Source: Candidatus Nomurabacteria bacterium
GTDB lineage: Bacteria > Patescibacteriota > Minisyncoccia > Phycocordibacterales > UBA9973
Direction of reading: 5' to 3'
Assembly (NCBI GenBank): GCA_023267435.1
Contig: JAHFNH010000001.1
Span: forward strand, 16,253-80,252
Length of the DNA: 64,000 nt
The position numbers and the translations under genes are program-made. Of the stretch, positions 35,999 to 43,511 are shown piece after piece. Positions within the stretch are counted from its first letter, which is position 1. Each line of letters opens with the position of its first letter. The notes under the pieces are model-generated. The model was given only the letters and a program-made list of their open reading frames with translations, was not told the DNA's origin and did not search any database.

Positions 35999-38146
35999 TT
36001 ATTTTCTTGCTGCGATGATTGTGTCTGCTACGTTTTGAGGCACAATATCGTATCTCAAGAATTCCATTGTGAATGACGCACGTCCTTCTGTCATAGATCT
36101 CAAGCCGGTCATGTAACCGAACATTTCAGAAAGAGGAACGACAGCTTTGATGACTTTACTCATACCACGCTCTTCCATACCTTCGATAAGTCCGCGCTTG
36201 GATGAAAGGTTTCCTGTGACGTCTCCCATGAATTTATCTGGAGTCACAACTTCAACTTTCATCATCGGCTCAAGGATAACTGGGTTAGCTCTTCGGCAAG
36301 CATCTTGCACAGCCATCGAAGCGGCGATTTTGAAAGCCATTTCGTTGGAGTCCACTTCGTGGTAAGAACCGTCCCAAAGTTCGACGGAAACATTTACCAT
36401 TTTAAATCCTGCCAAGATACCGCGATCCAAACCTTCTTTAAATCCTTTTTCACAGGCAGGAATATATTCTTGTGGAATAACTCCTCCTTTGATTGTGTTG
36501 ATGAATTCGAAACCAGGCGCTCTCTTTGTGTTCTTTGGTAGATCTTCCACTTCTTCTTTGGTCATAGCAACCATAGGCTTTACTTTGATCTTTACGTGAC
36601 CGTAGTTTCCACGTCCTCCGGATTGCTTGATGTATTTACCTTCAGCGTCAGCATTACCATTGATTGTCTCACGGTAGGCTACTTGAGGCTTACCAACATT
36701 GGCTTCCACCGTAAACTCTCTTTTCATACGATCAACAATAATTTCCAAGTGCAATTCTCCCATTCCAGCAATAATAGTCTCTCCTGTTTCTTGGTCGGTG
36801 GTCACACGGAAAGTAGGATCTTCTTGAGCCAAACGATTCAAAGCCATACCCATTTTTTCTTGGTCCGCTTTTGTCTTTGGTTCAATTCTTAGAGAGATAA
36901 CTGGTTCTGGGAAAACGATACGGTTCAACTCGATTGGATTTGCTTCATCACAAAGAGTATCAGAAGTGATAGTGTCTTTCAATCCGACAGCCGCTGCGAT
37001 TTCTCCAGCATAAACTTTCTTTACTTCTTCACGATCATTCGCATGCATACGCAAGATACGTCCGATTCTTTCTTTATTTCTGGTACGAGGATTATAAACA
37101 TAACTTCCGGCTTCAAGAGAACCTGAGTAAACACGGAAGAAAATAATTTGTCCGACGAATGGATCTGTCGCAACTTTGAAAGCCAAAGCTGAGAAAGGTT
37201 CTGTATCAGAAGCGTGACGAACTGCGGGTTCATCATTGTCTGGATTGATACCAGGGATAGGAGGAATATCTGTCGGAGCTGGAAGATAATCAACCACAGC
37301 ATCGAGCACAAGCTGAACACCTTTGTTTTTTAACGCAGAACCTGCGAAGACTGGGAAAACATTGTTGGCAATAACTGCCTTGCGAAGTGTCTTCTTAAGG
37401 ACATCCATACTAGGCTTCATTCCTTCAAGATATTCAGACATAAGGACATCGTCTTGTTCAACAATCTTCTCAACTAATTCTGCGTGATATTTTTCTGCAT
37501 CCGCTTTGTATTCTTCAGGAATGTCCTTTTCGATAACTTTGTTTCCCATGTCACCTTCGAAGTAATAAGCCTTCATACGTAGAAGATCCACGACACCTTC
37601 ATGCTTTTCTTCTAGTCCAATAGGAATCTGCATACGAACAGCTTTCTTTGTAAGTCTGTCTAAAATAGTTGCATAGGAGTGTTCAAAAGATGCACCAGTT
37701 CTGTCTAATTTGTTAATGAAACAAATACGAGGAACATTGGCTTCATCGGCATAGCGCCAGTTTGTTTCGGACTGAGGTTCTACTCCGGCCACGCCGTCGA
37801 AGACCACAACTGCACCGTCGAGCACGCGGAGAGAACGCTTCACTTCCACAGTGAAGTCGATGTGCCCAGGAGTATCAATAATATTGAAACGATGTTTCTT
37901 TGTTTTATCTGTCAGAGCGTAAGTAGGTGTCCAAAAACAAGTAACAGCGGCAGAAGTAATAGTGATACCTCTCTCTCTTTCTTGTTCCATCCAGTCTGTG
38001 GTGGTTTCCCCTTCGTGCACTTCACCTATTTTGTGTGATACGCCTGTATAAAAAAGCACGCGTTCAGTGGTGGTAGTCTTACCAGCATCGATGTGTGCAA
38101 TAATTCCAAAATTTCTTACTTTTTCTAACGGATAATCTCTTTCCAT
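35999..38146 (-). CDS. fusA: elongation factor G
   Basis: [13 protein letters not shown], 715 aa. Confidence 0.95.
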   Translation of the reverse strand: MERDYPLEKVRNFGIIAHIDAGKTTTTERVLFYTGVSHKIGEVHEGETTTDWMEQERERGITITSAAVTCFWTPTYALTDKTKKHRFNIIDTPGHIDFTVEVKRSLRVLDGAVVVFDGVAGVEPQSETNWRYADEANVPRICFINKLDRTGASFEHSYATILDRLTKKAVRMQIPIGLEEKHEGVVDLLRMKAYYFEGDMGNKVIEKDIPEEYKADAEKYHAELVEKIVEQDDVLMSEYLEGMKPSMDVLKKTLRKAVIANNVFPVFAGSALKNKGVQLVLDAVVDYLPAPTDIPPIPGINPDNDEPAVRHASDTEPFSALAFKVATDPFVGQIIFFRVYSGSLEAGSYVYNPRTRNKERIGRILRMHANDREEVKKVYAGEIAAAVGLKDTITSDTLCDEANPIELNRIVFPEPVISLRIEPKTKADQEKMGMALNRLAQEDPTFRVTTDQETGETIIAGMGELHLEIIVDRMKREFTVEANVGKPQVAYRETINGNADAEGKYIKQSGGRGNYGHVKIKVKPMVAMTKEEVEDLPKNTKRAPGFEFINTIKGGVIPQEYIPACEKGFKEGLDRGILAGFKMVNVSVELWDGSYHEVDSNEMAFKIAASMAVQDACRRANPVILEPMMKVEVVTPDKFMGDVTGNLSSKRGLIEGMEERGMSKVIKAVVPLSEMFGYMTGLRSMTEGRASFTMEFLRYDIVPQNVADTIIAARK

Positions 38147-38178
38147 ATATATTGATTGTTAATAAATGATTGATAATA

Positions 38179-38210
38179 TCGCCTCATCGGCGATCCGCCG
38201 TAGAGGCGGA
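38179..38210. repeat. GC-rich double-hairpin REP-like element, copy 2 (TCGCC-TCATC-GGCGA + TCCGCC-GTAGA-GGCGGA)
   Basis: Reverse orientation of the consensus, upstream of fusA. Confidence 0.6.
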
Positions 38211-38336
38211 AAAATAAAAAAGGCATAGGCCTTCGTTACGAACAATATACGACATTTGCCCCAAATTTGCAAACCTCGTCGTAAACTTACGACAGGGTAA
38301 ATAAAAAAACCTCAACATATGTAAATGCAAAGGTTT

Positions 38337-38567
38337 TTAATAATACGATTCATTTCTTGAGTCCTTAAATAATTTAACAAAATAATCCTTGTTATCAGTA
38401 AAAGTATTATCTTCGTAACCCATTCCCGTTTCTACAAAAAAAGATTCTAAAATAACAAAATAATCTTCTGCCATAGAACCACCGAAGTTTTCAATATAAT
38501 ACTTACAATATCTCAAGAAAATACCTTCTACGTGATTATCACCTGGAATCAATCTAAATTTTTCCAT
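38337..38567 (-). CDS. hypothetical small protein (island gene 6)
   Basis: 76-aa ORF preceded by a cassette-type intergenic module. Confidence 0.4.
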   Translation of the reverse strand: MEKFRLIPGDNHVEGIFLRYCKYYIENFGGSMAEDYFVILESFFVETGMGYEDNTFTDNKDYFVKLFKDSRNESYY

Positions 38568-38624
38568 GTCCTTAAATTTAAGTTTATAAATATCTATTTA
38601 ATCTTAAATTACCATTTAAGGATA

Positions 38625-38695
38625 ATTAGTCAATGCTAAACAAAAAAGCGCCCTTACGATAATCTGTAAGGACACTTCGCTTTAAAACCATGGCG
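38625..38695 (-). repeat. cassette boundary module copy E (TTGACTAAT box + CCTTAC/GTAAGG terminator hairpin + CTTCGCTTAAAACCATGG box)
   Basis: Near-identical to 40214..40284. Confidence 0.6.
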
Positions 38696-38714
38696 TAGGT
38701 TTATCAGCATAAAT

Positions 38715-38927
38715 TTAATACTCGTATTCATAAAAAGAAAGGAAAATGAAAATTAACATAAATACTCCAATTAAACTTAAACCTGAAAGGATACTATTTT
38801 TAAAACAAAGAAAAATTCCTGCAATAAGTACAGAATACATAAATATCGCAATAATCTTTACCTTTGTTTGTCTTTCCAAATTCTTAATTTTTAAGAAAGG
38901 AAAAAGTAATATTTTAGATATTTTCAT
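38715..38927 (-). CDS. hypothetical small membrane protein, 2 TM (island gene 5)
   Basis: Two hydrophobic helices. Confidence 0.4.
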   Translation of the reverse strand: MKISKILLFPFLKIKNLERQTKVKIIAIFMYSVLIAGIFLCFKNSILSGLSLIGVFMLIFIFLSFYEYEY

Positions 38928-38931
38928 TGTC

Positions 38932-39618
38932 TTAAGTTTTTAGTAATGTAAATTGTGATCTGTATGATTCAAAAACTTCATAGGATTTCAAATAATCCAA
39001 GAAATAATTTATCATTTTAATTCTGTGATTTAATCTTTTGTAAGCTTTCAATTTTAGCGCGGAACGACAGTATGAAAGTTCTTGCTGAAGATAATTTTCA
39101 AATTTCTCAATTAAATCTTTACGCTTTTTAATTTCGGGACGTATTCCATTATAAAACAAAAAAGAATGCGCTAAATCAAATTTTATTTTTGAAATTCTTA
39201 ATTCCATCTCACAAGAAAAGTAAGCGACTTTTAGTTGAAAATTGGTACTACTTCTTGCAGAATATTCATCAATACCAAATGGGTCGAAATGAAAACCTGT
39301 TTTTGATTTGGTTTCATTCACAATACATTCCGTTTGTCTGTTTATTTTTTGTTTTCGTGTTTTTTTAAGATCTTCAATACACTGTTTTACATCTTTAATT
39401 GTATTCTCTATTTCTTCCATTTTTGCAATTGTTTCCGGCAAATAAAATTCATTCTTATTGATTTCAATAAAATCGATTAATTTACCTTTTTCTATTTCTG
39501 CAAGAATAAGTAAATCGATAAGCTTTTTAGATCTAAAAAAATACTCTAGTAAAAAGAGTAAGATATAAACGAACACTATAAATGCAGTAATTTTTATAAC
39601 TAAATAAAATATTTCCAT
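38932..39618 (-). CDS. hypothetical membrane-anchored coiled-coil protein (island gene 4)
   Basis: N-terminal TM (ITAFIVFVYILLFLL), K/E-rich helical remainder. Confidence 0.45.
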   Translation of the reverse strand: MEIFYLVIKITAFIVFVYILLFLLEYFFRSKKLIDLLILAEIEKGKLIDFIEINKNEFYLPETIAKMEEIENTIKDVKQCIEDLKKTRKQKINRQTECIVNETKSKTGFHFDPFGIDEYSARSSTNFQLKVAYFSCEMELRISKIKFDLAHSFLFYNGIRPEIKKRKDLIEKFENYLQQELSYCRSALKLKAYKRLNHRIKMINYFLDYLKSYEVFESYRSQFTLLKT

Positions 39619-39700
39619 TTTTCTTTGATTTTCAAGGAACGACTGGTTTGACTCCGTTCAAAATCACATTACCATTTTTAGACTTTTAGTCAAATAAAAA

Positions 39701-39723
39701 AGAGCTGAATATTTATCAGCTCT
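39701..39723 (-). terminator. terminator of island gene 3
   Basis: AGAGCTGA-ATATTTA-TCAGCTCT, 8-bp stem with T-run. Confidence 0.6.
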
Positions 39724-39730
39724 TTTACTC

Positions 39731-40150
39731 TTAGTGTACATCAAAAAATGATTCCTTTATTTTAGTAACAACACATTTACTTTTTCCTTCACCACAATCT
39801 TGTCCTGAATATGTACCGAACCAAATACCACCTTCTTTTTTATCAAAAACATACTCAATCACAGGACGACCAGTATAAGGCATTCCTTTAATTAAGTATT
39901 GTTTAGTAAAACTTAATTCGCTATCACTTAATCTAAAGTTAGTAATTTTTGATTCACCCCATTTATCGTTCATACTGCCACAAAAACCTTTTTCATTATC
40001 TTTTGATGAACCAACGATTCCATGAAACATTGCAAATATCATTGCATCTTTAATCGTTGCAACGATTCCGATACTTTGGTCATATGCTGTACCAAAAATT
40101 TTACCTTGCTGAAAAATAATTCCTTGCAAGGCATAGAGATTTCTTTCCAT
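39731..40150 (-). CDS. hypothetical protein (island gene 3)
   Basis: 139-aa ORF with conserved upstream module copy C. Confidence 0.5.
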   Translation of the reverse strand: MERNLYALQGIIFQQGKIFGTAYDQSIGIVATIKDAMIFAMFHGIVGSSKDNEKGFCGSMNDKWGESKITNFRLSDSELSFTKQYLIKGMPYTGRPVIEYVFDKKEGGIWFGTYSGQDCGEGKSKCVVTKIKESFFDVH

Positions 40151-40157
40151 ATTGTTT

Positions 40158-40284
40158 TTTGTTTTAAAAGAAGTTAATACTATATATTTACCCTCACACT
40201 ACCACTTTATGAAATTTAATCAATGCTAAATAAAAAAACGCCCTTACGATAACCTGTAAGGACGCTTCGCTTAAAACCATGGAC
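40158..40284 (-). repeat. cassette boundary module copy C (conserved leader + TTGATTAAAT box + terminator hairpin + CTTCGCTTAAAACCATGG)
   Basis: GTTTTAAAAGAAGTT...CCCTCACACTACCACTTT then ATTTAATCAATGCTAAATAAAAAAAC then GCCCTTACGATAACCTGTAAGGAC. Confidence 0.6.
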
Positions 40285-40313
40285 TGATTTTATAGCATAA
40301 AAATTTATTATTA

Positions 40314-41300
40314 CTACAACAAAGCTCCAAGTAATTCAACTTTTTTCTTTGGATTTAATCTTCCAACCGATTGACTGCCTTTTTGTATTTTTTCAAATAC
40401 AGATTCGTTTGATTTCTTGTCACTAAAAATCTTCCATTCTTCCGGCAAATAAAGACTTTTTATTGAAAAATTATTTTTATGAAGTTGAACAATTCGTTCC
40501 TTGCCTATTTTAGGAATTAGAATTTCTTGAGTCTTACCGTTAAACAGCCTAAGGAAACTAATCAGGTGCTCATCCTTTAGGATGCCTATATGTTCTGCAA
40601 TACAATTAAATACATCTTCATTAAAAGTATAATCCTTACAATACTCATCCTGAAAAATATTTTCTAATCCGTCACCTTCAAAAAGAGACTTCTGATACAA
40701 CCAAAGTATTTTCTTTAAATACTCATTCGAGACTAAATTAAGTGCCGGAAAAAATACTCTTGGATGAACTGAAGAAAATAGATGCATGGCCTCAAAAGGA
40801 AATTCCTTTTCTTTTTTGTATAAAAAAATATCCTTTTCTCTTGCCGAAGCCGGAGCTTTGACATTTAAACAGCTACCAAATAAAAAGTTGATAATTTCTA
40901 ATACCCGTTTCGGGGAAGCTACAGAAAAGTAACGCGATAAGTTATAACCATGACCATAATGATTTTGATCATTTTTCCATCTACCCCAAGCACCACCTAT
41001 ATCAACAGAATTTTTTGCAGCGATTCTGATTAAAAGATGCGGTGGTAAAATATCAAGTAATTCTTTTTTGATTCCTTCTCCAAGATCGAAATTAATACTC
41101 CATATACTAGAAAAATCGACAGTATCAGCATCGTATTTTACAAATTCCAGAAATTTTTCCGGTGTAAGCTTATTTAACACTTTAAGATAACGCTCACTAT
41201 CAAGATCCATAAGCTCTTGATGTAATGTTTTAATTGGGAGCTTTAACACAGAACCAATGAGTTCATTGATTACCTGTTCTTTCTTTGTTTGTTTTTTCAT
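40314..41300 (-). CDS. hypothetical protein (island gene 2)
   Basis: 328-aa ORF with conserved upstream module copy B. Confidence 0.5.
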   Translation of the reverse strand: MKKQTKKEQVINELIGSVLKLPIKTLHQELMDLDSERYLKVLNKLTPEKFLEFVKYDADTVDFSSIWSINFDLGEGIKKELLDILPPHLLIRIAAKNSVDIGGAWGRWKNDQNHYGHGYNLSRYFSVASPKRVLEIINFLFGSCLNVKAPASAREKDIFLYKKEKEFPFEAMHLFSSVHPRVFFPALNLVSNEYLKKILWLYQKSLFEGDGLENIFQDEYCKDYTFNEDVFNCIAEHIGILKDEHLISFLRLFNGKTQEILIPKIGKERIVQLHKNNFSIKSLYLPEEWKIFSDKKSNESVFEKIQKGSQSVGRLNPKKKVELLGALL

Positions 41301-41309
41301 ATCTATATT

Positions 41310-41420
41310 TAGTTTTAAAAGAAGTTTATATTTCGTTTATTTACCTTCACACTACCATTTTAAAATACTTTGTCAAAGTTACTTCAAACAAATAAAAAAG
41401 CCCTCACAATTTGTGAGGAC
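41310..41420 (-). repeat. cassette boundary module copy B
   Basis: TAGTTTTAAAAGAAGTTTATATTTCGTTTATTTACCTTCACACTACCATTTT, then TTTGTCAAAG box, A-run and hairpin CCTCACA-ATTT-GTGAGG. Confidence 0.6.
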
Positions 41421-41440
41421 TTAAAACAACTTTTGCTTTT

Positions 41441-42367
41441 TTATTTTAATGTATCATTTAATGTTTGAGAAAAATTAAATGAAACAACCATCTTCCCATC
41501 TTCAACCTCCACCTCCGAAAATACACTGGAAGAAAAATCAACCTTAAATTTTCCTTTGACTTCTTCCCAATTATCAGTGTTTAATATCTTCCAATAAGCA
41601 TCTTCACTTGAGTTGTGTTTAACCGAACAAGCAAGATATTTATCTGTACATTTTACACTCATAATAATTTCACCTTTTTCAGACAAAGAAAGGTATGATT
41701 TCGTTTCAAGATTATAGACGAAAAAATGACGATTAAAATCCGATCCGTATCTAAGTACTACATACTTTGGAGCGACAAAAAAGAAAACATTGGTTTCTTT
41801 TGCGGATCCTTCTTTTTGGAGTTTCACAGGAAGTGGAATAGTTAAAAAAGAATTTTCTGCAATAAAGTAAACCATCTTGTCAGGAGCACGGTATCCATGA
41901 TCAGGAGAAAGGAAAAGTACTTTTTCCCCGTTAAATATTTCTGTCTTTTCACATTTTTTAAAGAACCCTACACCATTCGCCTCTAGGATATGGTTTGGCA
42001 CAAAACGATCCTCGTTAAATAAGTAGGTTGCATAATGGTCATGTGAGCTTCCTTCTACTGAAAGCTGAATAAAATCTTCAGTAAGTGAAAAAATCTTTCC
42101 TTCATAAAAATCAAAGGAATTTTTACACTTTAACCATTTACCTTCTCCGCGAAGATAAACACAGAAAATATCCTTAACGGTAGTGCATTGCACAATTTTT
42201 TCAAAAACTTTTATTTCTTTAAATCCCTGAGGACTGCCATAAGGACCTTCAATAATAGGTTTTGATTCTTCAATCGAAAAATAAAGCAATTCATTAGAAT
42301 CTTTAAATAAAAGAATTCCTTGTTCCTCTTTTGAGAAAGCCAAGGTTAATACAGTTGTTGTTTCCAT
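41441..42367 (-). CDS. hypothetical beta-rich protein (island gene 1)
   Basis: 308-aa ORF with conserved upstream module copy A. Confidence 0.5.
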   Translation of the reverse strand: METTTVLTLAFSKEEQGILLFKDSNELLYFSIEESKPIIEGPYGSPQGFKEIKVFEKIVQCTTVKDIFCVYLRGEGKWLKCKNSFDFYEGKIFSLTEDFIQLSVEGSSHDHYATYLFNEDRFVPNHILEANGVGFFKKCEKTEIFNGEKVLFLSPDHGYRAPDKMVYFIAENSFLTIPLPVKLQKEGSAKETNVFFFVAPKYVVLRYGSDFNRHFFVYNLETKSYLSLSEKGEIIMSVKCTDKYLACSVKHNSSEDAYWKILNTDNWEEVKGKFKVDFSSSVFSEVEVEDGKMVVSFNFSQTLNDTLK

Positions 42368-42374
42368 TTTTATT

Positions 42375-42469
42375 TAGTTTTAAAAGAAGTTTATATTCCG
42401 TTTATTTATCTTCACACTACCACTTTCAGATATTTAGTCAACAAAAACAAAATCCACCGATGAGGCGGA
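42375..42469 (-). repeat. cassette boundary module copy A (conserved leader + TTTAGTCAA box + half-REP hairpin TCCACC-GATGA-GGCGGA)
   Basis: TAGTTTTAAAAGAAGTTTATATTCCGTTTATTTATCTTCACACTACCACTTT is about 90% identical to copy B. Confidence 0.6.
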
Positions 42470-42490
42470 TTAGAGTTTGTATTTTTAGTA

Positions 42491-42961
42491 TTACCAAGCG
42501 AAGTGAGCGAAGGCTTTGTTGGCTTCTGCCATTTTGTGTGTGTCTTCTCTCTTCTTGATGGCAGCACCTTCGTTCTTTGAAGCTGCGATTAATTCATCAG
42601 CAAGTTTCAAATGCATTGGCTGGCCTTTTTTGGAACGAGCAGCGTCACGAATCCATCTCATAGCTAATGCAAGACGACGTTCAGGGCGAACTTCACGAGG
42701 AACCTGATAGTTTGCGCCTCCGATTCTCTTTGAACGAACTTCAGTCAATGGACCAGCGTTCTTCATTGCAAGATCGAAAATTTCCAAAGGATTAGGATTG
42801 CCTGTCTTTTCTTTTATAACATCAAAAGCTTTGTACATAACTTTTCTAGCAGTCTCTTTCTTTCCAGACCACATGGTGTAGTTAATAAACTTCTCAAGCT
42901 TTTGAGAGTTATAAACGAAATCAGGTCCTACGATATTTCTATTTTTTACTTTTCTTCGCAT
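42491..42961 (-). CDS. rpsG: 30S ribosomal protein S7
   Basis: S7 family pattern; follows rpsL. Confidence 0.9.
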   Translation of the reverse strand: MRRKVKNRNIVGPDFVYNSQKLEKFINYTMWSGKKETARKVMYKAFDVIKEKTGNPNPLEIFDLAMKNAGPLTEVRSKRIGGANYQVPREVRPERRLALAMRWIRDAARSKKGQPMHLKLADELIAASKNEGAAIKKREDTHKMAEANKAFAHFAW

Positions 42962-42995
42962 TTTAAAATTTTTTAATTTATTATTTTATAACTTC

Positions 42996-43421
42996 CTATT
43001 TCTTTCCGTCTTTCTTAGGTCTCTTGTTTCCGTACAGGGAACGTCCTTGTCTTCTCTTCTCAACTCCTTGAGTATCGAGAACACCGCGAACAATGTGATA
43101 TCTTACTCCGATCAAGTCTTTCACACGTCCTCCGCGCAACATAACCACTGAGTGTTCTTGTAGATTGTGTCCTTCTCCTGGAATATAAGCTGTGACTTCC
43201 ATACCATTAGTCAAACGTACGCGAGCAATCTTTCGGAGCGCTGAGTTAGGCTTCTTTGGAGTAGTGGTAGTAACTTTCGTGCAAACTCCTCTTTTGAAAG
43301 GAGCTGGGAAATATACCGGCTTGTTTTTTAAGACATTGAATCCGCGAGCCAAGGCAACCGTCTTGGATTTTCGGCGAGTTATGATTCTACTTTTTTTAAC
43401 TAATTGATTTATTGTTGGCAT
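42996..43421 (-). CDS. rpsL: 30S ribosomal protein S12
   Basis: [12 protein letters not shown]... N-terminus (internal Met of the longer ORF), PNSALRK motif. Confidence 0.9.
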   Translation of the reverse strand: MPTINQLVKKSRIITRRKSKTVALARGFNVLKNKPVYFPAPFKRGVCTKVTTTTPKKPNSALRKIARVRLTNGMEVTAYIPGEGHNLQEHSVVMLRGGRVKDLIGVRYHIVRGVLDTQGVEKRRQGRSLYGNKRPKKDGKK

Positions 43422-43511
43422 ATTGTTGATTTTAAAAGAATAAAGTGAACATAGTCGCTCCATTCCTTAGTTTTCTAAATCTACTACAAGCTTTGAAAAA
43501 TTGCAAATTTC

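Noticed and set aside
40314-41300. ADP-ribosyltransferase/toxin call for island gene 2 based on the GGAWGRWKNDQNHYGHGYN segment
   Set aside because: Isolated Gly/aromatic patch without the R-S-E or H-Y-E catalytic triad spacing. Not supportable from sequence alone.
38568-42490. CRISPR array
   Set aside because: The repeated units are 50-110 nt, irregularly spaced and flank full-length genes rather than short unique spacers. No cas genes are present. Interpreted as repeated intergenic cassette modules instead.
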